Below are positions 13,510 through 25,224 of a stretch of DNA of 64,000 nt, one piece after another. The stretch is from Gordius albopunctatus (taxonomy: Eukaryota): the NCBI GenBank assembly GCA_964276515.1, contig OZ193909.1, positions 14,880,001 through 14,944,000 on the forward strand, read 5' to 3'. Position 1 is the first letter of the stretch. The number at the start of each line of letters is the position of its first letter. Made by a program: the position numbers and the translations under genes. The notes beneath the pieces are model-generated. The model searched no databases. It was not told the origin of the DNA and saw only the letters and a list, made by a program, of their open reading frames with translations.

Positions 13510-13706
13510 CTTTATTCCGCCTTTTGACTTAAATAGCCCAGCGGTTATCTTTCAAAAAAAATTAATCAAATATTAGCAGGGAAGGATGAAGTAACAGTAT
13601 AGATAGATGATATACCAATTGCGAGTGAAAACAAATAAGTTCACAAAAAGCCGCTATTCAAGGTACTAGAAAACTTACAAAAGTGGGGGTTTGTGCTAAA
13701 CATAAC
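13510..13706 (+). pseudogene. Gypsy/Ty3 reverse transcriptase remnant, interrupted at 13707 and resuming at about 18565-18630
   Basis: PFDLNSPAVIFQK..., V*IDDIPIAS (YxDD motif), KVLENLQKWGFVLNI; after the insertion TKVVLWAK*VIF..YLISK. Confidence 0.65.
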
Positions 13707-16459
13707 TGTAATAACTATTAAAGTTTCAAAGTTATAATCAATGTTAATTAGTTATTATTAAACACAAAAGATAATGATTATTATGGATTTAAGTCTTACC
13801 TTATAGTTTAGGATTATAATCATCCTTAGAACCCCAATTTATTATTTCATTTAATTCGAATTATTTATTTCATTTAACTCTCACAAGAAGATTATATGTG
13901 CGGTCCCAATATTTCCGCGAGCGATGAGAAAATAATTGATATTAATTCTAACAAAGAAATATATATATGGATTGATAACTATCATGTGATGTATTACTAC
14001 GCGTTTACAAATAAATACGAGCTAAATAATGATGGGAATACTCGTATTAGAATCTCACTATAATATATCGCGTAGAGATCAATAGGGGGAGAGGGACTAC
14101 GCGTATACCTTAAGATGCGTATACTTTAATAAATAAGAGAGAGATGATGAGGGGGTTTTAGTGTATGTGTGTGAGTTCACAGAATCAATGCCCCGTACTA
14201 GGCGTAATTAATCGATGAGATCAATTGTGTAGTACACAACTACAACACCATACCCTTCACGATCACCTCCTTCGACCCGATTGTTGATTTCTGAACACGG
14301 TCGTCGGATTTGAGTTGTTGACCGCTGTCCATTGTTCGGACGTACGAATCGCACTGTATAGTTGAACGTCTCTAGGATCGTTTTCCTGATTGGGTGTTCC
14401 AATTGGTCTTATCGATTTGATTTCATCGTTGACCATATTTGAATCGCACCATACCCTTCAAGCTTTCTAGGGGGAAGGAAATTTTTGTCAATGTATCCGG
14501 GCGTTGTTGTTGGGTTCGGGATAGGATACTTCACTCAATTGTTTTCGTTAAAAGTAACCCAAAGTAGCTTTTTTTATTTTCCCCATAAGAGCGAGACAGA
14601 AACATCTTTGTCACTCTAAGTCGTTCAGGCTGCTTCTCCATAAGAGCTGCTAGCCTCTCGACACAAAGCGTACGATATTTCCGTTAAATATAATTGACGT
14701 CGCTATACCACATATCAGCTAACGTCGCCGACACAGGCACCAGCAACATCACTAAGTGTAAAAATCTGTCACAGGCGTATCTCGCATAAAATGCAACTCC
14801 ACCTACCATAATCACCTGGGAGCAATGAACTCCATAACGGTAATCTTGGATCTGACAACGATGGTATTAACTTCCCTTCGTACATGCAAGGAAATAAACT
14901 CCAACGAATAAATCAATCATCATGCGCAAGGGCGATTTGCCCACCCAGAAAACTCGACCTCATCAAACCTAATTAAAGGTGATAGGGCATAAAGCCAAAA
15001 AAACAGGTCATAACAGGCATTAAGCCTCCGAATTAATTAAAATGCGTCAGAGACGCCGCACCCGTAGGCGCCACATCCGCAGATGTACCGACGATTTGCG
15101 TCGAAAACCTAATTAATTCGCTTCTGGGTTACACGTGCGCTCATGCAAAAATACATTAATATCCGAAACCTCGTCGTACACGTATTGCTCATGTTACGTA
15201 CCATCGCGTCATTCCGATCATCAAGCAGGTACCGACAGAATTTTCTAGAACCGCAATAGCGTCCCACAGAACCGGAACCACCTACTCTCGGCGCTCTATT
15301 ATCGCACTGTCAGATACCAGCTGATCAATCAAGGATCCTGACGGATAGCGAATCAAAAAAATTCCATGCGAAAAAAGCAAAAAGCGAAAAATTTGAAGGA
15401 ATAAAACATGCATTATGGAAAAAATTTACCTTCGCGCGATTCTATTGGGACTTAAGCACTAATCTATGAAATTTAAAAAAACTGCCAAACTCATCGTATT
15501 TAAAATTAAAAATATTGCCACACCCTTCTTAATACCCAAAAATGAATGTTAAAGTAGCCATCCAAGTGGTTCCCTTCTTCATATTTTACTATTAATATTT
15601 TTAAGTTAACATTACACCAACCAAACACTAAATATATCAAAAGCATAAACATTATCTTTTCATATTTAAAGCTTATTAAATTCAAATGTATCCTTTTTTT
15701 ATTCTGACACCACTGTAATAACTATTAATATTTTTAAAGTTATAATCAATGTTAATTAGTTATTATTAAACACAAAAGATAATGATTATTATGGATTTAA
15801 GTCTTACCTTATAGTTTAGGATTATAATCATCCTTAGAACCCCAATTTATTATTTCATTTAATTCGAATTATTTATTTCATTTAACTCTCACAAGAAGAT
15901 TATATGTGCGGTCCCAATATTTCCGCGAGCGATGAGAAAATAATTGATATTAATTCTAACAAAGAAATATATATATGGATTGATAACTATCATGTGATGT
16001 ATTACTACGCGTTTACAAATAAATACGAGCTAAATAATGATGGGAATACTCGTATTAGAATCTCACTATAATATATCGCGTAGAGATCAATAGGGGGAGA
16101 GGGACTACGCGTATACCTTAAGATGCGTATACTTTAATAAATAAGAGAGAGATGATGAGGGGGTTTTTGTGTATGTGTGTGAGTTCACAGAATCAATGCC
16201 CCGTACTAGGCGTAATTAATCGATGAGATCCATCGTGTAGTACACAACTACAACACCATACCCTTAACGATCACCTCCTTCGGCCAGATTGTTGACTTCT
16301 GAACACGGTCGTCGGATTTTAGTTGTTGACCGCTGTCCATTGTTCGGACGTACGAATCGCACTGTATAGTTGAACGTCTTCAGGATCGTTTTCCTGATTG
16401 GGTGTTCCAATTGGTTTTATCGATTTGATTTCATCGTTGACCATATTTGAATCGCACCG
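13707..16459 (-). mobile_element. Non-autonomous LTR retroelement: direct repeats of about 745 bp (13707-14450, 15715-16459) flanking about 1.26 kb of non-coding internal sequence
   Basis: Near-identical repeats ending ...TATTACA on the minus strand. The 15715 copy is followed by the PBS-like TGGTGTCAGAA (tRNA-Leu type). A purine-rich tract precedes the other copy. The ORF track shows no ORF of 60 aa or more in the internal region. Confidence 0.7.
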
Positions 16460-17134
16460 CGTGTATTAAAAATGCGAGTATGCCCAAGCATGATAAACAA
16501 GCTAGGTGGCCGCGGGCTCAAAACGTTTGGGACCGAGTACATCTAGACTTTTTTGATTTTGATTCGAAACAATATCTGTTACTGGTAGACGCGGCTTCGA
16601 GTTGGGTTGAATTTCAACGCGTTACGAGGCTGTCCGCCGGGGTGGTTATTGAGTTTTTAAAGAATTTAATGGGCGCTTACGGTATTCCAAGATATATAGT
16701 ATCCGATAACGGTACTGCCTTTACTAGTGCAGAGTTTAAGGTGTTTTGCGGTAAATGGGGTATACAACATTTGTTAACATCTACATATCACCCAAGTTCT
16801 AACGGGTTGGCGGAGCGACATTTGGATGTACCGGTTGTTACATAATGCGTCCGCTCGCTTTCCGTGTCGTGCGCCTGTAGGTGAAATATTTTTAAATAGA
16901 TTACCGCGCATACCAATTGATGTGTGGGTGGACGCCGGGTTAACAACTGACGAGTCCGCTCCCAGTCGGTATGAAGTTGGTAATTTAGTATGGGCTCGTG
17001 TGTATCGTGGAACCGAGCGGTGGTTGGAAGCTGTGGTGAAATCCCACGTGGGCTCAAAGGCCTACGAGGTTGAGTTTACGGGCTCTAATAACCGCACGGT
17101 TATACACGAGGAGCAATTGCGATTACGATGTTAA
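16460..17134 (+). mobile_element. Gypsy/Ty3 integrase core and C-terminus, with deletion/frameshift near 16826
   Basis: W.RVHLDF...YLLLVDA.S.W.E...YGIP..IVSDNGTAFTS.EF..FC...GI.H..TSTYHPSSNGLAER (rve DDE motif), followed by YEVGNLVWAR...W..AVV...IHEEQLR. Confidence 0.9.
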
Positions 17135-17181
17135 TAAAAATCTTAGTTAAGTTATAACAGAACTTGGTTATTTTGCATTAG

Positions 17182-17799
17182 ATGGACATCATCGCTTCGT
17201 GATGCCGATTCAGGGTGGAAGTGGAAGTCATTAATCCACTGTACACCCCAACGGATTTGTATGTTTCGTTCGTAGTGGGACAAGATGGTATCCCACATAT
17301 TGTCAGTTTCCACGAACGAAGATGTTCCCAGGGCGGTGCCCCGCAGCTCGGGAATAGAGGACGAGGTGGTAGAACAGGTCGAGGAGGAAACGCTAGGGGT
17401 AGCGGTGCCTCGACTGCTAGGGTTCAGAGGGATCACAGGGAAGTCCTTCCGCCGGTTCGCCCGGTTCGAAGGGGCACGGTGATGGCCCCGACGGCGGCGC
17501 GCGGAGGGCGACACAGGGTGCCCCGAAGGTGGTGTCGCGATTGCCAACGTCGGCACCGAAGGTCCGCGTGTGGGGTTACAAATGCGACGCCGCTGAGGGT
17601 ACCTAGTGTTTCGTTTAATGAGTCTGTAAACACCGGAGTGGGAGAGGTTGCTGTTAATGTAGCGATGCACCTCGACCCACCCGAGATCGTGAGCACAGAC
17701 GCGGTACTGGCGCCGATGGCGACAGTAACGCTCCTAGAATATGATCAGGTGGTGAGGGAATCAACGCGAGGGAGTCAGCAAGACGGTAATAATGGTTAG
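17182..17799 (+). CDS. Third ORF of the Gypsy element, downstream of integrase; Arg/Gly-rich with a CxxC-x3-H-x4-C motif; function unknown
   Basis: 194-aa open frame 17215-17799. An in-frame ATG at 17182 follows an acceptor-like TTTTGCATTAG and is separated from the open frame by one TGA (17200-17202). Confidence 0.5.
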
Positions 17800-17914
17800 C
17801 AAGTGTGGACCCAATGACGTCTATCGGTGAGGCCGTTCCCGTACTTTTACGGCCCGCTACATGTTATTGACTCCCCACTCCCGTTCTCTTCGGGGTCTTT
17901 CCTAAAGAGGATGG

Positions 17915-18564
17915 TGTGGTAATTAGATTGATTTATCGCTTTATTTATTCTATTACTTGAACCGAAGCTATTATGATTGAGGATTGTTGTTGTTGGTGTT
18001 GTTGTGTATGTGTGTGAGTTCACAGAATCAATGCCCCGTACTAGGCGTAATTAATCGATGAGATCAATCGTAATCTATTCCAACTCTTATGATCTACTGT
18101 TATAAACTATTCCAACACTTTATTATCTAATACTAATATAAACTGTTATAAGCTAATAAATATATCTACTTTATTTAAAGATGTTACAGAATCAATGCTT
18201 ACATAATTTCCAAGGATAATCGAACAATATACAATTTACACGGTATAATTACAATTAAATGGCCAATGTTATAGACGTGTTAACTGCGAATTGGCAACGT
18301 TAAAATTGGTGAAAAGTAAGTAAGGGAGCGGGTGTACAAAATGGGTAAGTGAACAATGAATTAGTGAATTTGTGAATGAGTGGGAAAGAGAGTGTAAGTG
18401 AGTAAGTGAATGAGTGTATATATTGCTTTCTGTTCTTTTATACCACGGGGCATCTCCTCAGTCATACACAACAACATCAACACCAACAACAACAATCCTC
18501 AATCATAATAGCTTCGGTTCAAGTAATAGAATAAATCAAGCGATAAATCAATCGAATTACCACA
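17915..18564. repeat. Gypsy 3' LTR start (17915-18010, after the purine tract AAAGAGGATGG) and an inverted, longer copy of the same LTR (about 18200-18564)
   Basis: TGTGGTAATT.GATTGATTTATCGC... at 17915 is the reverse complement of about 18462-18564. Confidence 0.75.
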
Positions 18565-18653
18565 CTAACCAAGGTCGTTTTGTGGGCTAAATAAGTCATT
18601 TTCGATATATTTAATCAGCAAGAAAACAAATCGAGAGTAATATAGTCGAACTA

Positions 18654-18827
18654 GGTGGCCCATCAACTTGCCGAAAACCATCTCTCCGAATTTAATGTCC
18701 CCCGGTTAAAAAAGGTCCCCCATTTTGTGATTGGTTGAATGGGGGACGATTTTAAATTAGAAGACCTTTTTTAACCGGGGGACATTAAATTTGGCGAGAT
18801 GGTTTTCGGCGAAGTTGATAGGGCACC
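18654..18827. mobile_element. 174-bp foldback MITE, Mutator-like
   Basis: Imperfect TIRs of about 65 bp and a 9-bp TSD GTCGAACTA (18645-18653, 18828-18836). Confidence 0.85.
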
Positions 18828-19557
18828 GTCGAACTAGTAACGCTATGGAAAAATATGACAAATAAAATTTTAACTAAATTGACATCATATTTTGCAAATT
18901 TAATTAAAAACTCTGCCTAAGTCATGGACTTTAATTTGTTAATAGTAAAAAGGCGAGTTAAAAAAGTTTCAGTTTAAGGGATGGGTAAAATTTGATTAGA
19001 ATTAAGGTAAATAGCACTGTTGAGATTAAAAAAAAATTAACATTCAAGCGTTCTATTCAAACCTTTAAGTGGCGAACTAAAGCTTCCAACAAAAATATTA
19101 AGATTTTACATGCTTAGAGGCCTGACAATTTTTAATAAGTGTCAATAAATTAGCTATTGTTACTACATCTTCAATCCATCTAAAAACTTATATCCGTTAC
19201 TTATAATTTTATTAATTTTAAACTGAGTAGTATCAAACGGTTAATAGAGGCTTACTATTATAATTAGGAGCCTATTATTAGGCCTATATAGTGTATTCAT
19301 ATAATTGGAACACAAGAAATTATCAGTTAAGATAAAAACCTAGAGTTTAAATTAAAAACGTAGCAGTTTAGGATTTATACTTACAATCAATGAATAATAT
19401 TGCAAAAGAAATAATTGATCTTTTCCTGCATGCTTTATATACTATAAGCATTAGTATGTATGTTAAAAACATTTAAAATTTTTAAATACATATAGGGAAT
19501 TTAAAATTATAAGCCGAGTTTGCACAATATAACCTTTAAACCGAAGTCGCTTAAAAA

Positions 19558-20181
19558 ATGGTAAAAAATTATTTCCATGTGTTTAATAAACTTTTAGGGA
19601 AGGATTCGTAATAAAGTTGTAAAAAAGGCGTCGAAGGATATCATTGAAAAATTTTATCCAAAACTTGGCATAGACTTTCACACAAATAAAAGAATATGTG
19701 AAGAGATCGCAATTATCAGCAGTAAAAAACTAAGGAATAAAATTGCTGGGTAATAATTAATATTATCTCTCAATGATGAAATAATGACTTTCGTTCTACT
19801 GAACATTATGAAGACAATATAAAACTGATCTATTTTTTTATTGAGTTATTTATCTCATGTATAAAATTTAGATTTGTTACACATATGATGAAACGTATTC
19901 AGCGAGGTCCAGTTAGAGGTATTTCCTTAAAATTACAGGAAGAAGAGAGAGAACGCCATGATAATTATATTCCTGAAGTATTAGTAGTTATCATTATTTT
20001 AATCTATTTTTACAGGTCTCTGAAATTAAAGTCAATGATATTGAAATTGATCCAGACACAAAAGAAATGTTGAAATATCTAGTAATTTATTAATATTTAT
20101 AGCTTGATTTAATTTTTTCTATAGGATTTTGAAAAATTGCCTGTCAGGGTTATTCAAATGCAAGCTGTTGGATATAAATGA
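19558..20181 (+). CDS. RPS17: 40S ribosomal protein S17 (eS17); exons 19558-19560, 19598-19749, 19872-19977, 20016-20081, 20125-20181
   Basis: [91 protein letters not shown]...; all introns are GT-AG. Confidence 0.97.
19768..19832 (+). ncRNA. SNORD59: Intronic box C/D snoRNA, SNORD59 (U59)/snR54-like guide for 18S rRNA 2'-O-methylation
   Basis: Box C ATGATGA 19773-19779, guide GACTTTCGTTCT 19786-19797 (antisense to conserved 18S AGAACGAAAGUC), D' CTGA 19799-19802, C' ATGAAGA 19808-19814, D CTGA 19825-19828. It lies in the only long RPS17 intron. Confidence 0.85.
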
Positions 20182-21895
20182 AAAATTATTTATACTAATG
20201 AAATATATTACATTGGAATTTGTTTTAATGTATATTTGGATGCATAAAATATAATATCCAAGCTTTTATAATTGGGTAAAATTTTTAGAGAAAATTTAAA
20301 TTTTGTAGATGTTTTTAATTAATTGATTTTTTTACTATTTAAACAAACAACTTATTTTAATAATGTATTAAGGCTTGTTTGGTTTTGTACTTATTTATTA
20401 AGTTTATGTATTTACATATTCTCAGCTATTTCAAGTTTGGCAGAAGAAAATATTTTGTCTTGGCTTACAAATTGATTACCAGTTTTTATGCATTGAATTT
20501 AAGGTAATAAGAAGCACATTTATAAACTAGGGATATAAGCAAAATGATTGTAGCCTTAATGGCATTACTTTATTTACCATTTCTAATTTGTATTTAAATA
20601 TAAGATGCCATATATTTCTTATCTCTTTCAAAATGATTATCAAATACTTATATGTATTTAAATTAAGCTGAATAATATAGCCCTTTGACATTGATTACTA
20701 AGGGATGTACAAGGATCTTATTTTAGAATTAAATGCAATATCAGGTTGTTAGAATTTATTCTCTTCTAAACCGGCCTATAACCACCCGTGTATGTCTCTA
20801 ATACAAATTCTACATCAATACAATTTTTTTTAAATAATCACAAAACTGGGCCTTAAATTTCAATTTTTCATCTACACCCTTTTTTACAATATTTAAAATA
20901 ATTTACTGATACCCTTTATACCCTAAAAATTTTATTAAAACCTCAAAATATTTATTTTAGATAACCCTTAAAAATTAGGTTGATTTTCTGTTTAAGGTTA
21001 AAAATTATTGAGATTAATGGATATGGAGAAGTGAATATTACAATTTTTTGAACCTTTTGATTGTATACAAGTCTGACTCAATCTTTTTTATATTACTTTA
21101 TAATTAAGTCCTAGTTATAAGTTAAAGAAGATTCCAAAAATAAAATTTTGTAAGAATTTTGTCCTTAGGACTTTTTGCCAGGAGCTTTGTCTCTGAACTT
21201 TGACTGGTTTATTTTTTTAAGCCTCAAATAAAAACTTTTTATTCTAAATATAGAAGCCGCGTAGTTTTACTATGCAATTCTGGAGGGAAGGGAAGGTGTA
21301 AAGATAAAAACTATATATTTAGGGTGAATTAGTTTTTATTCCCCAACCCTGTCCAATTTTTTAGGTAATGCCCACCCTAACCATTAGAACAGAGCTGCCT
21401 CGAAATGTTTTCTTAAAAGTTTTTACCACCAATTTTCTTGTATACTTGTAAAATTTTAAATTTATTTCTCGGATTTGTTTGAATTAGAATTAAGGTTTTA
21501 ATAAATTTTGTTAAATCAAAAGAGTGACAAAAGAATACACGTAAATAAAATAATACTCTATATAAAAAATCTAATTAAGCCTGTTGCGTTGTGATAAATT
21601 ACCCAATATCCAAAGTGATCATATAAAAAATTATATTTAAGATGCTAAATGTCAATTACAAAATAAAAAATGCCCCTTAAAATTATTATGATTATGATGA
21701 TCAATAAAAAATTTAAAAGACGAGATCTTGGCTATAGAATCTCGTCTTATGGTCAAAATTCTCGTCTCGATCTCGACCCAATTTTTAAAAGTCGAGACGA
21801 GATTTATCTTGGACTTTCTGCATCACTATTAAAGAAGATTATATGCTTGACGTGCACAATATATTATATGTGATAATCTATTTTTAGGCTGTTAC

Positions 21896-22204
21896 CATAG
21901 ACTAATAAAACCATATACTTGACGAACAGCTGATAATTTTTCTCAAATAAAGCAAGCGCCATTTTGTAGGAAATTGTAACCAAACAATCGAATTCAGCAT
22001 AATTTATTGTTCTAATTTACTTATTTTTAATTAATTTATAAATTAAGGTATTAGACTTATTTATTTTCTTCAATATTTTTTTGTGGAAAAGTTTAAATAT
22101 ACCTGTTGTTGACTTTTTCCTACAATATGGCAGCTATTTTGGTGTATGAATGTTTTCAATAGTTAAAACAGCTGTTCGGCAGTCTATGTTTTTATTAGTC
22201 TATG
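21896..22204. mobile_element. MITE with CATAGACTAATAA TIRs (P-superfamily-like)
   Basis: TIRs of about 35 bp and a near-perfect 8-bp TSD GCTGTTAC/GCTGTAAC. Confidence 0.75.
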
Positions 22205-22257
22205 GCTGTAACTTAAAATATCAACAGTTTTAATAAAGGTATTTAGGTGATTGACAT

Positions 22258-23029
22258 TAGAGATCTGCAATGGGCCGTTTTCAAATGGTCAGCCGCTCGT
22301 ACTTGTTTGGAAAATTTTTAAGCCCGCCCGAGCCCTTAATATTTATTTCAATGTAATTTAGGCCCGTTGGACGCGGGCCATAAAAATCGAATTGCAACAT
22401 GATTTCTATTTTTTTATATTTATATTAAAATCCCGATTTGAGTGGTGGATTTTTTAAGGCTTAATATATATCTTAATTCGTGAAAAATATCATTAGGATA
22501 ACTTCTTTATTATTAACAAATATTATGATTTGTTAAAACACCACATTTTTAATATTATACCCTAATTATTTTGTAGAAAATGGGGTTGTTGAAAAGCTTT
22601 TTCGAAACTTTGTGTAATTAGATATCCACATCTCAATATTGCATACACAGTGCGTTCTAAGTGTAATTTTTATTTAAGGAACTAAAAAATGATGTATATG
22701 ATAGGTGAGGAGAATGTTCTTAAATATGTGCATTGATTAAATAATATTAACACTGTTTCCATTTTCATATGCGGATTAAGGCTATCTAATTATATTTTGT
22801 CATCAAAAATTTAATGTTTTAAATACTAAGAACCCATACTTAAAAAATTCTCTAAAAGAGGTTTAATTGGATAAAACTTATTCTAAAAATCATGTCCGTT
22901 TACAGAATTTAAGGCCTGTGTGAGGCAGTGAAACTTGTTTGGCTCACCCGAGCCCGACCTGTTAAAATTTTCATTTTTAAGACGCATGCGTCCCCACCCA
23001 TGGGTCGGGCCGGCCTTTGGAGATCTCTA
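22258..23029. mobile_element. hAT-like non-autonomous element with TAGAGATCT termini and GGCCCG subterminal repeats; related elements at about 41203-41989, 51076-51700 and 57600-58192
   Basis: TAGAGATCTGCAATGGGCCG...CGGCCTTTGGAGATCTCTA. Confidence 0.65.
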
Positions 23030-23100
23030 ATTCGGCTTAATGATTATTTTATATAATTGTACCCACATCATAACTAAATATTTGATTTCCTTATCAAGGG

Positions 23101-23388
23101 AATATTTAAATTTGCTATCCATATCATTAATTAAAACTAAGCTATTATTATATGTAGACATGTAACTGTATATAGAATCACCTACTTTGACAATGTTTTA
23201 GTGTATTTATAATCATTAGCAACTTAAAACATACTTGTAAATATTTAAATTTGCTATCCATATCATTAATTAAAATTAAGCTATTATTATATGTAGACAT
23301 ATAACTATATAGAATCACCTACTTTGACAATGTTTTAGTGTATTTACAATCATTAGCAACTTAAAAAATACTTGTGAATATTTAAATA
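23101..23388. repeat. Tandem duplication of a unit of about 138 bp; related sequence at about 56050-56240
   Basis: AATATTTAAATTTGCTATCCATATCATT...CAACTTAAAA.ATACTTGT repeated head to tail. Confidence 0.85.
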
Positions 23389-24917
23389 TATATTAACATT
23401 AGACGAATATCAAATGTAGACACACTATATTATATGCAATTGTTTATAAAATAATAGCTTATTCATTTTATGCGTTTAATTATTAATATTTTTTATACTA
23501 GCTTTTTGTATTAATTAAATATTTAAAATTTGAATATTAGTTTTATTGTCTAGTCTGGAAACTAAATATTCCTAAATTTACATTAGATTGTATGCACTAT
23601 ACGTCGAAATTGCCAAATGTTCCTATTGGTTTATTGGCTTTTTTTCTGATCACCTTTTTTTTGAAGAGCTTAATCTTTGAACAGAAACGGGAAGAGTATA
23701 GCTGGGTATTGACATTAGAATATAATAATAAGGTAGTTTGATCATTGTTGGTAAGTAAGTGATCACTGGTATGGCGGTTTCGTCGGTGAGGAGTAATCTA
23801 AGAATTATGAACACATAAAATTTTCGGATTTATTGAAGAGTGTTCGATTCTTATTTGTTAGGACTTAAGTAAGCTTATAACATTATTCAAAAAATATACT
23901 TATGTTTTGAAAATTTCTGAAATATATGTATTACTCTACTAGGGTTACTATTTAAGAGTTCCATATCTCATATCTAAAGTATTTTGCTCAGAACAAATTA
24001 GATTGGTTGAAAATTCAAAAGTTATGTGTAGTAACTAGAACGCAAATAGCCAACTAATATTAATTTAAATATTAATTAAATTAATTGTATATATTAGTAA
24101 GCAAATAGCCAACGGTGTAAGCGTTAATTGAACGTCACCTTGAAATGATTATTCAAATTAACCTCTTTAATTTACTACATAGACAACACCTTACTCTTAC
24201 AACTTTACAAATACTTTTCTTTCCCTCATTTTATAATATACTCATAGACTAAAGTCAGAAACGGTCAACTGGGAAATCGTTAACAAGAGTTAACGATCGT
24301 TAACCCTTTTTATCTGACCAATCAGATCGCTTCGCATTTATCAGATTTTTAATAATGAGCATGCGTAGGCATTTAACAATTTTTGTTGCACTATAAAACT
24401 ATAATTCTTTAAATATCAAAAATTATCCCAATATCAAAGGTTATTAAATATTAAAAATTATTCTAATATCAAAGGTTATTAAATATCAAAAATTATCACA
24501 ATATCAAAGGGTTTTTCTACTATTTGGTAATTTTTCAAATACATTATCTGAGATATGTTTGTAACTCTGTATCACATATTATAACAACAACTAAAATAAA
24601 ATTATTTTCAAAAATGTGTATTGTATTAAGATTATATAAATATTTAAATTTTAGATTTGTAATACTTACCTAAAGTTAATGTAATGTTTTTATAGATTTT
24701 CAGGGTTAGATACTGTTATTTTTAAATTTGCCAAAATTTATATAATATTTATAGGAATATATATGTATTTAGGTTTAAGATTTGTAATATTTACCAAAAT
24801 GTTATTGTCTTGTTAATATAGATTTTTAGGGTTATAAATTGTTATTTTTTAAATTATATATTAAAATAGTTGTTTGATATAAAACTAACTCCCTATTTGA
24901 TAATTAAGTTTTGTATT

Positions 24918-25224
24918 TGTAACGAAGTGGCCGATTGGTAGAACCCTAAGCTCCCGTATACTAGGCTCCCGTATAACACTAACTCCGATTCTAAACCAAG
25001 AGACTAAGTCAAAAGACAGAGACTGTTTTTTTAGGTGGATAAGGCTTTATATATACATAGTGAAGGACATATATAAAAGTAGTAATCAATTAAGAGATAA
25101 TGTACGGTGTAAACTAAGGTATATATTCAATTGGCTAAGGGTATATTCAAATATCTGTGACCGCGCTCAAGTATAGGAAAAACGCGTGTATTCAAATTGC
25201 AACCTTGAATGCGGCTACACTACA
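24918..25224. mobile_element. Solo LTR (307 bp); a second, inverted copy lies at 60585-60839
   Basis: TGTAA...CTACA termini and a 5-bp TSD GTATT. Confidence 0.8.

Noticed and set aside
13430..13512. Telomeric repeat (CCTAA/TAACCC-like)
   Set aside because: Short, degenerate and interstitial; most likely part of a transposon.
24410..24510. Short tandem arrays (about 34 bp x3 here; about 62 bp x3 at 26280-26420)
   Set aside because: Ordinary slippage repeats within a non-autonomous transposon.
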